This document shows, piece by piece, positions 1-9,065 of a stretch of DNA of 54,829 nt. Numbering within the stretch: the stretch's first letter is position 1; each line of letters opens with the position of its first letter. The notes beneath the pieces were generated by a model that saw nothing but the letters and a program-made list of their open reading frames with translations, was not told the origin of the DNA and did no database searches. A program made the translations under genes and the position numbers. Source of the DNA: Corallococcus sp. (lineage in GTDB: Bacteria; Bacillota; Clostridia; Christensenellales; CAG-314); contig JAMPAB010000004.1 in the NCBI GenBank assembly GCA_023667435.1, positions 1 through 54,829 of the forward strand, given 5' to 3'.

Positions 1-520
1 AAGCGGGAATTTCGCTATCGTTCTGATTGCTTAAATCGGTTAATATTTGTTTAAAATCAAGTTGTATTTCGTCGCCTACGTTATAACCCTTGATAATATT
101 ATCGGAAACTTCCGCATAAATTTGTGTTTTATCATTTGCCTTTTCGCCTTCCGTAAGAGTAGGCACGTTTACATTCCAATTATCGAAGTCCAAAAAATAT
201 AAACGCAAAGAACGCTTATTTTCGGGATCGCCTATTTGTAAATCAAGCGACGAGCCGACGTCTACGGTTGCGCCTTCAAACAAATTTCCGACTTTTTCAA
301 TATCGCTTTCGGTAAAGCCGTTTTCGGATTTGCTTTTGATAATAAAATCGCTTACGTTTTGCGCCGCATAATATTCGGTTGCGGAATAATTGATTTTATC
401 TTTCGACGAGCCTAATCCTGATACAAAACTTATTGACACAAGCACCATCAATATAATAGAAAACAGGCGCGTTAAATGTTTTTTGAACATACGCCCGAGC
501 GTTTTGAAATACGTTTTCAT
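1..520 (-). CDS. ABC transporter permease, FtsX/MacB type (N-terminal part; the 3' end runs off the window)
   Basis: This ORF is missing from the ORF track because it is open to the window edge. The ATG at 518-520 overlaps the TAA of the upstream ATPase gene (TAATG). My translation, [39 protein letters not shown]..., has no stop down to position 1. It shows an N-terminal TM helix followed by a large extracytoplasmic segment, as in FtsX-family permeases. Confidence 0.75.
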   Translation of the reverse strand, partial: MKTYFKTLGRMFKKHLTRLFSIILMVLVSISFVSGLGSSKDKINYSATEYYAAQNVSDFIIKSKSENGFTESDIEKVGNLFEGATVDVGSSLDLQIGDPENKRSLRLYFLDFDNWNVNVPTLTEGEKANDKTQIYAEVSDNIIKGYNVGDEIQLDFKQILTDLSNQNDSEIPA

Positions 521-1221
521 TACCACTCGATCTCCTCGATAGGTATAGGGTGCTCGTTTACGGATATATGCGATATTTCGCCGCTTTTGATATGAATAAC
601 TTTATCCGCCATATCTTTCAGCGCGGCGTTATGCGTTACGACGATAACAAGCCGATTGCGTTCTTTACAAACGTCGTATAAAAGTTTTAATATCTTTTTA
701 CCCGTAACATAGTCCAACGCGCCCGTCGGCTCGTCGCAAAGCAGTAACTTCGGGTTTTTGGCGATTGCGCGGGCGATAGCCACGCGTTGCTGTTCGCCGC
801 CGGACAGTTGCGCGGGAAAATTATTCATTCGTTCCTGCAAACCGACCTCTTTTAATATTTCTTCGGGTTGCAAATGTTCTTTGCAAATTTCAACGGCAAT
901 TTCAACGTTTTCGAGAGCCGTCAAATTGGGCATAAGGTTGTAGAACTGAAAAATAAAACCCACATCGTTACGGCGGTATTCGGTCAGTTCTTTTTTGTTC
1001 AGTCCCGTAACCGTTTTCCCGTCTAAAACGATTTCGCCGCTTGTCGCAGTGTCCATACCGCCGAGCAAATTCAATAGCGTAGTTTTACCCGCGCCCGAAC
1101 TTCCGAGAATAACTACAAATTCACCGTTGGACAACTCGAACGACACGTTATTTAAGGCGTTTACTTCAAGTTCGCCCATTCCGTATGTTTTTCCTACGTT
1201 ATTTAATGTTAAATAACTCAT
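520..1221 (-). CDS. ABC transporter ATP-binding protein (MacB/LolD-like)
   Basis: Walker [10 protein letters not shown], signature LSGGEQQR, Walker [10 protein letters not shown]-loop VTHN. I chose the start at MSYLTLNN (ATG 1219-1221) because the longest ORF (to 1281) would overlap degV. Confidence 0.9.
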   Translation of the reverse strand: MSYLTLNNVGKTYGMGELEVNALNNVSFELSNGEFVVILGSSGAGKTTLLNLLGGMDTATSGEIVLDGKTVTGLNKKELTEYRRNDVGFIFQFYNLMPNLTALENVEIAVEICKEHLQPEEILKEVGLQERMNNFPAQLSGGEQQRVAIARAIAKNPKLLLCDEPTGALDYVTGKKILKLLYDVCKERNRLVIVVTHNAALKDMADKVIHIKSGEISHISVNEHPIPIEEIEW

Positions 1222-1238
1222 TTCGTGATCCCGCCTAA

Positions 1239-2084
1239 CTATTCGCTTATAAACAATACACCGAGCGTATTTCTGCCGCAATGGCTTGTTACAATACTGC
1301 CCGCAATAGTTTCGTGTATTTCAACAAAATCAAAATTCTGCGCAACCAACTGTTTTGCCAAATCGACTAATTCTTTATCTGCGGAACTATGGGTAATAAA
1401 GCACCTTGTTCTATCATAATTCGGATATTGTGCTTTTAGGTCCTCGACGTAAGTCCGTATGCATCTTGACATACTGCCTATATATTTTTTCTTCGCAATT
1501 AGTTGTCCGTCTGCATTTTCGCAAATCATAGGATGCAGTTTCAGAACTTTTGCGCCGATCAAAGCGGCAAGCGAACATCTGCCGCCCTTATGCAAATAGT
1601 CTAAAGCATCGGGAACGAACGAAGTGTTTACTTTTGAACGCAAACCGTTTATCGTTTCAACTATATGCTCTGCCGAAAAACCGTTCGCAATCAAATCGCA
1701 CGATTTCAAAATTAACAGCCCCTGCCCCGTAGAAAGAGCCTTGCTGTCTATTACGAATACTTTACCGTTAAAACCTTCCGCAGCTTTGCAAGCCGCATTG
1801 TGCGAAGATGACGCCTGCGAAGAAATATTAAAGTGTATTAAAGCGTCATATCCCGAAATATTTTCCTTAAAAAATCGAGAATATTCGTCTTGTGTGCCGG
1901 CGGCGGTTTTCGGCAACATACCCGTATTTTTCACAAATTCAAAAATATCTTGAGGTGAAAGTTCGCCGTCTTTATATTCTTGTTCTCCTAAAATAATAGT
2001 CAACCGAAATATGCCGATATCATAGTTTTTAATCTGCTCGTTACTCAAATCACAAGTAGAATCCGAAGTAATTTTAATTTTCAT
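1239..2084 (-). CDS. DegV family fatty-acid-binding protein
   Basis: 281 aa. The N-terminus MKIKITSDSTCDLS and the overall pattern are typical of DegV. GGTGA Shine-Dalgarno upstream. Confidence 0.85.
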   Translation of the reverse strand: MKIKITSDSTCDLSNEQIKNYDIGIFRLTIILGEQEYKDGELSPQDIFEFVKNTGMLPKTAAGTQDEYSRFFKENISGYDALIHFNISSQASSSHNAACKAAEGFNGKVFVIDSKALSTGQGLLILKSCDLIANGFSAEHIVETINGLRSKVNTSFVPDALDYLHKGGRCSLAALIGAKVLKLHPMICENADGQLIAKKKYIGSMSRCIRTYVEDLKAQYPNYDRTRCFITHSSADKELVDLAKQLVAQNFDFVEIHETIAGSIVTSHCGRNTLGVLFISE

Positions 2085-2156
2085 AATTTCACCGTCTGCG
2101 GATAGACATACCGTCTATTATATGTTATTCTATATTATACGACGGTAGTTGCATTT

Positions 2157-2174
2157 CTCGCAATGATTTGCGAG
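2157..2174. promoter_or_regulatory. Candidate TetR operator (inverted repeat CTCGCAA-tgat-TTGCGAG)
   Basis: A 7+4+7 inverted repeat in the divergent degV/tetR intergenic region. Confidence 0.3.
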
Positions 2175-2241
2175 TCGGCAAATTTGCTATTAAGTTGTTT
2201 AAGCAACGAAAATGAAATTTAGTTGCACGAGGATTAACTGT

Positions 2242-2754
2242 ATGGATAGAAGAATAAAAAAGACAAAACGGGCAATATACGCCGCCTATTTCCAATCAAA
2301 ACATAAAAACCCGACCGAAAGACCGTCGGTTAAAGAACTATGCGCGTTGGCGGATATAAACAAAACTACGTTCTATCGTTATTTTGACGATATCGATGCG
2401 CTCATCCAAACGCTTATAACAGACATTATAAACACTCTTTTGATAGACAATATCGAAGTGGACAGCTTATTGACCGCCCCCGAACTGTATTTTAAGCAAG
2501 TGCTTGAACGCTATAAAGAATACGGCGACGACTACACAATGATATTCAACGATTACCCGAATGTTTTTACGTTTACTGCCGAAAGTATGATAAAAACAAA
2601 GTTAATAGAAACAACAAATAAAAAGTACGACGATATTCTATTGACCTTTATTGCTGGCGGCGCAGTTCACTTTTTTATCGAAAAAAATTATTACGACGAA
2701 AATAATTTGAATAAATTTTGCCGTATTATAAAAGCAGCGGTTAATGTATTATAA
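2242..2754 (+). CDS. TetR/AcrR family transcriptional regulator
   Basis: N-terminal HTH SVKELCALADINKTTFYRYFDDIDAL. Start taken at MDRRIKK (ATG 2242), which has a GAGGA Shine-Dalgarno 9 nt upstream. Confidence 0.8.
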   Translation: MDRRIKKTKRAIYAAYFQSKHKNPTERPSVKELCALADINKTTFYRYFDDIDALIQTLITDIINTLLIDNIEVDSLLTAPELYFKQVLERYKEYGDDYTMIFNDYPNVFTFTAESMIKTKLIETTNKKYDDILLTFIAGGAVHFFIEKNYYDENNLNKFCRIIKAAVNVL

Positions 2755-2821
2755 AAAACAGCGAGCGAATAACGATAAAGTTAACAACCTGTTTTCGGTT
2801 TCGCATAGCAGCGCATTGACT

Positions 2822-3370
2822 TTATAAATTTAAATCACCGTTAAGCAGTTTTAACGCTATATGCGCAATTTCCTTTGGCGTTTTGCATATTTCTCCGTTT
2901 ATCCAGTTGCGCAAAACGGAGTACGCCCCGCCCGAAAGATATGCGTTGATAATAGCAATATCCGTTTCGCTCGTATCCGTACTCAATCTGTTTTGAGACT
3001 TGAATAAACGTTGGAAAAATTTCGACAGCAACAGTTGAATATCGTCATCCAAATTATTTTCGGTAAAATAGCGCACAAGCGTAGAATGTTCGTAAAAATA
3101 CAGACACAAATGCTCCAAATACTTTTCTGCATCCGATTCTGTTTTGATATACTTGGTATCTTCGTAAAGTTCGTTGATGAAATCTTTTTGAACATCGAGC
3201 AGTATATCCTTAGGCACACTGTAGTGTCTATAAAAAGTCGCACGATTGATTTCACATTCAGAACATAATTCGGTAATACTTATTTCGCGCAATTCTTTTT
3301 CTTTTAAAAGACGAAGCAGACCTTCCTTTAACAATTTTTTCGTCAATCTTATACGTTGATTTTCTTTCAT
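2822..3370 (-). CDS. TetR family transcriptional regulator (DhaS-like)
   Basis: HTH ISITELCSECEINRATFYRHY. 182 aa. Confidence 0.8.
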   Translation of the reverse strand: MKENQRIRLTKKLLKEGLLRLLKEKELREISITELCSECEINRATFYRHYSVPKDILLDVQKDFINELYEDTKYIKTESDAEKYLEHLCLYFYEHSTLVRYFTENNLDDDIQLLLSKFFQRLFKSQNRLSTDTSETDIAIINAYLSGGAYSVLRNWINGEICKTPKEIAHIALKLLNGDLNL

Positions 3371-3474
3371 GGTTTTTCCTTGCGCAACACTTTTATCGAT
3401 ATCGTTCCGTTTTTCGACTTTAAAATACGAAAACTCTTTGTTTGTTTTATTTACGACTGTTTTAATAAAACTGA

Positions 3475-3506
3475 TTGTTGTAAGTACAACAAATGTATAG
3501 TAAAAT
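3475..3506 (+). promoter_or_regulatory. Promoter of the DUF308 gene with an overlapping palindromic (TetR-type) operator
   Basis: TTGTAA (3478-3483), 17-nt spacer, TAAAAT (3501-3506). The inverted repeat TTGTTGTA-ag-TACAACAA (3475-3492) covers the -35 element. Confidence 0.5.
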
Positions 3507-3556
3507 TATAATATAATAGACTTTAAAAGTCAATTACATTAAAGGAGATTTACACT

Positions 3557-4147
3557 ATGGATAAAAATGCACTCAAAGAATGGTTCAAAGGCAACACGGG
3601 AAAGATAATTATAAGCCTGTTCGAAATAGTGATAGGAATATTGCTGTTTTTCGATCCGATAGGTTTTACCAACGGCATAGTTATCGCCTTCGGCGTGGTA
3701 ATGCTGTTATTGGGATTAGTGAACATCGTTAAATATTTTACGACTAAAACGGAAATTGCGACAACCGAAAGAGCGTTATTTAGCGGGTTGCTGTTATCGA
3801 CGATTGGATGCTTATGCGTATTTAAACCGGAATGGTTTACGAACGCTATTTCGGTAATATCGGTTATATACGGCATTGTATTGGCGTTACTCGGACTTAA
3901 TAGTATTCAGGCAACGGCAAATATGCTAAGATTAAAGAACAAAAAGTGGTTTTTGGAACTTATAAATGCAATTATTATGATTGCGTTTGCAGTAATCATA
4001 TTTGTCAATCCGTTCGGTGCGGGTAAAGGTATTTGGATATTTACGGGTATAGTATTGATTGTCGGCGCGATTTACAATATAGCTACCCTTGCGATTTTGT
4101 CCAAATCCGAAAAGAAAGTCGAAAACAGCGAAACAACCGAACAATAA
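3557..4147 (+). CDS. HdeD/DUF308 family membrane protein
   Basis: 196 aa with six hydrophobic helices. N-terminal pattern IIISLFEIVIGILLFFDP. AAAGGAG Shine-Dalgarno. Confidence 0.7.
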   Translation: MDKNALKEWFKGNTGKIIISLFEIVIGILLFFDPIGFTNGIVIAFGVVMLLLGLVNIVKYFTTKTEIATTERALFSGLLLSTIGCLCVFKPEWFTNAISVISVIYGIVLALLGLNSIQATANMLRLKNKKWFLELINAIIMIAFAVIIFVNPFGAGKGIWIFTGIVLIVGAIYNIATLAILSKSEKKVENSETTEQ

Positions 4148-4210
4148 ACTTCAACCTATAAATAATATTTTCTTGATTCTGCGGTAAAATCATTATTGTA
4201 AAAGACTGCA

Positions 4211-4256
4211 CTCAAAAAATATGGACGGGAAAAGATCCTCGTCCATATTTTTTGAG
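4211..4256. terminator. Bidirectional intrinsic terminator
   Basis: Long hairpin CTCAAAAAATATGGACG...CGTCCATATTTTTTGAG with A/T runs on both sides. Confidence 0.7.
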
Positions 4257-4370
4257 CGTTTTTAGTCTTTTTCATCCGCGCGCCAAACGAAATTTTGTTT
4301 TGAATGTGGACGAGATGTGGACGCGGACGCATTTACAATCCTATGGTTTATAACACCTCTGCCACATAAT

Positions 4371-4407
4371 TGAAAAAGGCTTCTACATCTTGTGTAGAAA
4401 CCTTTTT
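4371..4407 (-). terminator. Intrinsic terminator after the GGGtGRT gene
   Basis: Minus-strand hairpin AAAAGGTTTCTACA-caaga-TGTAGAAGCCTTTT followed by a T run. Confidence 0.7.
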
Positions 4408-4424
4408 GAAAACACTATATATAG

Positions 4425-5423
4425 TTACTTTGCGAGCAAAACTGCCACTGCGCAGGCGACTGTTGCGCCGACCATAGGATTGTTGCCCATGCCGATCAAT
4501 CCCATCATTTCTACGTGAGCGGGAACCGAGCTGCTGCCTGCAAATTGCGCATCGGAGTGCATACGTCCCATTGTGTCCGTCATACCGTAGGAAGCGGGAC
4601 CTGCCGCAACGTTGTCGGGATGAAGCGTACGACCCGTGCCGCCGCCGGAAGCAACCGAGAAATACTTCTTGCCGTTTTCCGTGCACCACTTTTTGTAAGT
4701 GCCTGCAACGGGATGCTGGAAACGCGTCGGGTTGGTAGAATTACCCGTAATGGAGACGTCTACTTTTTCGCTGCGCATAATAGCAACGCCTTCGTTTACG
4801 TCGTCCGCGCCGTAGCAACGTACTTTTGCGCGCTCGCCGTCGGAGAACGGAACTTCGCGAACAACGGTAAGTTCGCCAGTGTAGTAATCGTACTTCGTCT
4901 GGACGTACGTAAAGCCGTTGATACGGGAAATAATGTAAGCGGCGTCTTTTCCCAAACCGTTAAGAATAACGCGCAGGGGCTTTTTACGCGCCTTATTGGC
5001 GTTACGCGCGATACCGATAGCGCCTTCTGCTGCCGCAAAAGATTCGTGTCCTGCAAGGAAAGCGAAGCAATCCGTTTCTTCGCGAAGCAGCATTGCGCCC
5101 AAATTGCCGTGTCCCAAACCCACCTTACGTTGGTCGGCGACGCTTCCGGGAATACAAAATGCCTGAAGTCCCAAACCGATACATTCGGCAACCTCCGCCG
5201 CGCTTTTTACGCCTTTCTTAAAAGCAATCGCGCAACCCAAAGTATACGCCCAAACGGCGTTTTCGAATGCAATAGGCTGAACGCCCTTGACGATTTCTTC
5301 TACGTTTACGCCGTGAGACAGGCACAGTTCGCGCGCTTCTTCGAGCGATTTAATTCCGTAAGTTTTAAGTTCGGAATTGATTTTGTCTATTCTTCTTTCG
5401 TAACCTTCAAATCTGATAGCCAT
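4425..5423 (-). CDS. GGGtGRT family protein (conserved, function unknown)
   Basis: 332 aa. Contains the eponymous motif SVASGGGTGRTLHPDN. Confidence 0.85.
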   Translation of the reverse strand: MAIRFEGYERRIDKINSELKTYGIKSLEEARELCLSHGVNVEEIVKGVQPIAFENAVWAYTLGCAIAFKKGVKSAAEVAECIGLGLQAFCIPGSVADQRKVGLGHGNLGAMLLREETDCFAFLAGHESFAAAEGAIGIARNANKARKKPLRVILNGLGKDAAYIISRINGFTYVQTKYDYYTGELTVVREVPFSDGERAKVRCYGADDVNEGVAIMRSEKVDVSITGNSTNPTRFQHPVAGTYKKWCTENGKKYFSVASGGGTGRTLHPDNVAAGPASYGMTDTMGRMHSDAQFAGSSSVPAHVEMMGLIGMGNNPMVGATVACAVAVLLAK

Positions 5424-5440
5424 TGTCTTTCCCTCCCTTA

Positions 5441-6133
5441 TTATTCATTACGCGGAATGATATATTTAGCGGCGTTTTCGAAACGACCGTAATGCTTCTT
5501 TGCCTTTTCGAGAGCTTCGTTGCCGCTTACTCCTTCGGAGACGAGCTTCATCATAACGCCGAGATTTACGTATTCGTAACCGATGATTTCTCCGTTTTTA
5601 TCCAAAGCGCAGCGCGTAACGTAGCCTTCTGCCATTTCCAAATATCTGGGGCCTTTAACCTTTGTGGAATACATTGTTCCCACCTGACTGCGAAGTCCTT
5701 TACCCAAATCTTCCAGTCCCGCGCCGACGGGAAGTCCCGCGTCGGAGAACGCCGATTGCGTACGACCGTAAACAATTTGCAAAAACAGCTCGCGCATAGC
5801 AACGTTGATCGCATCGCAGACAAGGTCGGTATTGAGAGCTTCCAAAAGCGTCTTGCCGGGCAGAATTTCCGCAGCCATAGCAGCCGAATGCGTCATACCG
5901 GAGCAACCGATCGTTTCTACGAGAGCTTCTTCGATAATGCCGTTTTTGATATTTAAAGTGAGTTTGCAAGTGCCCTGTTGAGGCGCGCAACAACCGCATC
6001 CGTGCGTAAGTCCGCTGATATCTTTGATATCGTAGGCTTGAACCCATTTGCCTTCTTCGGGAATGGGCGCGGGACCGTGATTGCAACCTTTTGCTACGCA
6101 CTGCATAAGTTCTACTTCGTGTGAGTATTGCAT
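5441..6133 (-). CDS. NifU/IscU-like iron-sulfur cluster scaffold domain protein
   Basis: Cysteine motifs GCGCCAP and ETIGCSGMTHSAAMAAE resemble the IscU/NifU N-terminal domain. Start taken at MQYSHEV (ATG 6131-6133), which follows a GGAGG. The longest ORF begins inside that Shine-Dalgarno. Confidence 0.75.
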   Translation of the reverse strand: MQYSHEVELMQCVAKGCNHGPAPIPEEGKWVQAYDIKDISGLTHGCGCCAPQQGTCKLTLNIKNGIIEEALVETIGCSGMTHSAAMAAEILPGKTLLEALNTDLVCDAINVAMRELFLQIVYGRTQSAFSDAGLPVGAGLEDLGKGLRSQVGTMYSTKVKGPRYLEMAEGYVTRCALDKNGEIIGYEYVNLGVMMKLVSEGVSGNEALEKAKKHYGRFENAAKYIIPRNE

Positions 6134-6172
6134 AGATTGTTTATCCTCCAAAATATTTTTTACAACTTATTA

Positions 6173-6201
6173 AGTATAACACAAAACATACCAAAACGCA
6201 A
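6173..6201 (-). promoter_or_regulatory. Sigma-A-type promoter of the NifU-like/GGGtGRT operon
   Basis: Minus strand TTGCGT, 17-nt spacer, TATACT. Confidence 0.5.
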
Positions 6202-6498
6202 AGAATTTGCTAAAAAAGAGATATTTATAATGTTTAATGGCTTTATAGAAAAAAGCAATATCGCAAAACGCCTCAAACGTTTTATACGCGCGTTATCCGC
6301 GTTGCTCGATATAACTTCAACCGTCATCGTTTTGCTTTGCGTTCGAATACCGTTCGTCTTCCGTTCAAACGTAAATCCGCATTACGTAAGTTTGCACATA
6401 TGCACTATGCCTAAATTTAGCCGCCGCGAAAAATTTGCAAAAATCGCTTGACAAACGGGGGTGATATACTATACGTAAGAAAACAAAAGGAGAATACA

Positions 6499-6630
6499 AA
6501 TGAAATACTGCCAACTCTGCGGAAATAAGATGACAAACGACGAGGACACAATGTGCTTAGAGTGTCTGCGCAAAGTACGGTAAAGTGCGTTACAGGTATT
6601 TCAATATGCAAACGGCGCAGGGTTTTATGA
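6499..6630 (+). CDS. Small ORF with an N-terminal CxxC (43 aa as it stands; possibly a frameshifted zinc ribbon)
   Basis: AAAGGAG Shine-Dalgarno 8 nt upstream. MKYCQLCGNKMTND..., then the frame diverges. The matching second CxxC (CLEC) lies in the +1 frame. Confidence 0.25.
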
Positions 6631-6908
6631 TAGCGGATTGCTGCCTAATCGGTTTGTATTTGCCGGCTTGCACCGTTATCTCTGCAATTACAAAAGATTC
6701 GCTGTACGGCGCATTTGCATTTATAACGTGTTTGACCTTTATCGTACGCGTTTTAATGACTGTAAATATCTCCAAAAAAATCAAATACCGCGAAGAAATA
6801 AGCACGGGACAAAAAATCTGCGTATTGATTTTCGCAAGTCCGATAGCAGGAATTTTGCTATTGTGTTGCAGAGAGAATTCTATTGACAAAATCTATAAAA
6901 ACAAGTAA
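6606..6908 (+). CDS. Hypothetical small membrane protein
   Basis: Three hydrophobic segments (MQTAQGFMIADCCLIGLYLPACTVISAI...). No clear Shine-Dalgarno. Confidence 0.35.
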   Translation: MQTAQGFMIADCCLIGLYLPACTVISAITKDSLYGAFAFITCLTFIVRVLMTVNISKKIKYREEISTGQKICVLIFASPIAGILLLCCRENSIDKIYKNK

Positions 6909-7083
6909 CATTCTAAAAAACAATTTTACGGAGCTGACGCAACTGCCGACATCCCTTTGAAATACACGAAAAGCACACAAAACAGTCGACAATCCAAAAT
7001 CAACCGAAATTTCGCATAAACTCCGATAAACTGCTCTCGGCGAATTTATTGTCGTTGCAAACAGAGGGCGACGCATCGACAGC

Positions 7084-7131
7084 AAAAAAAATTACGACCG
7101 ACGCTAAACAGCGTCAGTCGTAATTTTATAA
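7084..7131. terminator. Bidirectional intrinsic terminator
   Basis: ATTACGAC(C)GACGCT-aaac-AGCGTC(A)GTCGTAAT flanked by an A7 and a T run. Confidence 0.7.
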
Positions 7132-7135
7132 ATCG

Positions 7136-8239
7136 TTATTCTTTGTCTTCAACTTCCGATTCCGCTTCGACGTTCTTGACGGATTCTGCGCGGACTGTTT
7201 CGGTTGCCTGTTTAGGTTTGATGCAAAGCAGCACCACGATGCCTACGGCGGAAAGACCCGCTATTACGAACAAAACTATTTTCCATATTTCGAGCACGCT
7301 CTTTTTGCCGTCGTCGGGCGCCGCTTTAACGAACAGCGTCAACGTGGGATTCTCTTCCGTCGTCGAGTTTTCGGCGGCAACTCCGTAATAACCGTTGGCG
7401 TCTACGACGGAATATCTGATTCTGTAAATATAATCGGGATTTTCCTTCGTAGAAATAACGTCGTCTTCGGAGGGCGTAATTACGCCGCTCGTGCTGATAT
7501 ATTTTTCGTAACCTTTCTTTACTTCCTTAGTCTCGCTGTTGTAAATCTCTTCCACCCATTCGCCGTTGACTTTCTTATCTACTACGTAAGTAACTACCGT
7601 ATTAGAAGCGTCCTCGATTGTGAGAGACGTAACAATCGTATACGTCGTTCCTACCACAAGGCCGTCGTCGTGTTTGGTATTCATAGAACTGCTTAGAGAC
7701 ACTACGGGATGCTTCGTATCCTCCGCTACACGGCTGAAACTGTCGCTTACCGCCAGCGTTTCGTTGTCCTTGTCCTTTACGACAATTCGGAAAAGATAGC
7801 TTCCCGATGACGACAGGGTCATCTCGCTTGTAAGCAAGGCGGAGTTTTGCCAGTTTTTCTGTCCGTTGGGACTTTGCGTGGGCGTGCAGTATTCTACGTA
7901 AATCTTGTCGTTGTCGGACTTCTTGTCGTCGTAACCTTCTTCCGATTCCAAAACGTACTTCAATCCGCTAAAAACTTTATCAAGCGCCTCTCTGTCCTTC
8001 AACCAGTCGCTGTTAAATTTAAATTTGCCCATTTCTATTTTCAAATTGTAAAAGCTGTCGTCGTCGGAATCCGTCCCCGCAAGACACTTAATCAATTCGT
8101 CGTAGTCGATCGTAACCTCGCGTAAAGCGGGCGTTTCCGTTTCGCCGCCGTCGCTTTCTTCGGCAAAAGCAACCGAGCAAGCGGTAAACATACCGACGAT
8201 AAGCAAAGTTGCGATTAAAATACTCAAAAACTTTTTCAC
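7136..8239 (-). CDS. Hypothetical secreted, C-terminally membrane-anchored surface protein
   Basis: GTG start with a GGAGG 7 nt upstream (VKKFLSILIATLLIVGMFTACSVAFA signal peptide). C-terminal TM helix (IWKIVLFVIAGLSAVGIVVLLCI) followed by an acidic tail. I recognised no family. Confidence 0.7.
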   Translation of the reverse strand: MKKFLSILIATLLIVGMFTACSVAFAEESDGGETETPALREVTIDYDELIKCLAGTDSDDDSFYNLKIEMGKFKFNSDWLKDREALDKVFSGLKYVLESEEGYDDKKSDNDKIYVEYCTPTQSPNGQKNWQNSALLTSEMTLSSSGSYLFRIVVKDKDNETLAVSDSFSRVAEDTKHPVVSLSSSMNTKHDDGLVVGTTYTIVTSLTIEDASNTVVTYVVDKKVNGEWVEEIYNSETKEVKKGYEKYISTSGVITPSEDDVISTKENPDYIYRIRYSVVDANGYYGVAAENSTTEENPTLTLFVKAAPDDGKKSVLEIWKIVLFVIAGLSAVGIVVLLCIKPKQATETVRAESVKNVEAESEVEDKE

Positions 8240-8312
8240 AATAATTCCTCCATAGAGCTTACGCTCTACATTGATATGACAAAAAAACGGAATTTTCACC
8301 GCATATGTTTGT

Positions 8313-8341
8313 ATTTTACAATTTATCGGTAAACTTGTCAA
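8313..8341 (-). promoter_or_regulatory. Sigma-A-type promoter of the surface-protein gene
   Basis: Minus strand TTGACA, 17-nt spacer, TAAAAT. Confidence 0.6.
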
Positions 8342-8443
8342 CAATTTGGCAATACTTTCGCGCAAACGCGCGTAATAAACATTATTTTAACTGCGTTCAT
8401 ATAGTATTTTAAGCGAATTACACTAAAAGGTTACATGTGAAAA

Positions 8444-8959
8444 ATGCGAAAAATATTTGTACTGTTCTTTACTGCCGCAGTCGTCTCGTTAGACAGCTTC
8501 GTCGCAGGATTTTCCCTTTCTTTAAATAAAAAATCAAACTCGCTTCTTCCTGCAGCAGTTGCCGCAGTAACCATGATTTTGTGTCTTGTAACAACCGTAG
8601 TAGGAACCGTCCTTAAAGATTATCTCGATTCCTACGCAAACGTATTCGGAGCGGTCATTTTGACGGTACTGGGAGTAATCAATCTGCTTAAAGATGAAGA
8701 TACCTCAACTTCGCTGCAAACCGTCACTCTTGCCGAAAGCGTCGCGACAGGCTTTGCCGTAGGGACGGACGCAAGCGTAGCAAACCTGTCTTTGGCAATA
8801 GACGGATACGGACTTGCCGCTCCCGTAGTCTTTGCTGTAACGCACTATATTACCGTATTCGCGGGACAGAAACTTGCGCAAAAAACCGCATTGAAGCGCG
8901 CGAACGTTTTTAGCGCGTTGATACTGTTTGCGCTTGCGGCAATCCGAATACTCGGCTAG
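8444..8959 (+). CDS. ytaF: YtaF-like sporulation membrane protein (MntP-related)
   Basis: 171 aa polytopic protein. The motif AAVVSLDSFVAGFSLSL resembles the YtaF/MntP family. Confidence 0.55.
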   Translation: MRKIFVLFFTAAVVSLDSFVAGFSLSLNKKSNSLLPAAVAAVTMILCLVTTVVGTVLKDYLDSYANVFGAVILTVLGVINLLKDEDTSTSLQTVTLAESVATGFAVGTDASVANLSLAIDGYGLAAPVVFAVTHYITVFAGQKLAQKTALKRANVFSALILFALAAIRILG

Positions 8960-9065
8960 CCATACGGTATTCAAACCTGCAAGGTTTTGACGGATGTATG
9001 GCCAACTATAAAAACGCGCCGTCCGTTAAGACAGCGCGTTTGACTTTACGCAAGAAAGCGGTAAA

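Noticed and set aside
6128-6451. A 107-aa plus-strand ORF in the spacer upstream of the NifU-like gene.
   Set aside because: It starts inside the divergent gene's start and Shine-Dalgarno, has no Shine-Dalgarno of its own, and covers that gene's promoter. The sequence looks like translated AT-rich spacer.
8240-8443. A yybP-ykoY (Mn) riboswitch upstream of the YtaF/MntP-like gene.
   Set aside because: I could not find the conserved riboswitch core elements. Much of the spacer is taken up by the divergent surface-protein gene's promoter and 5' UTR.
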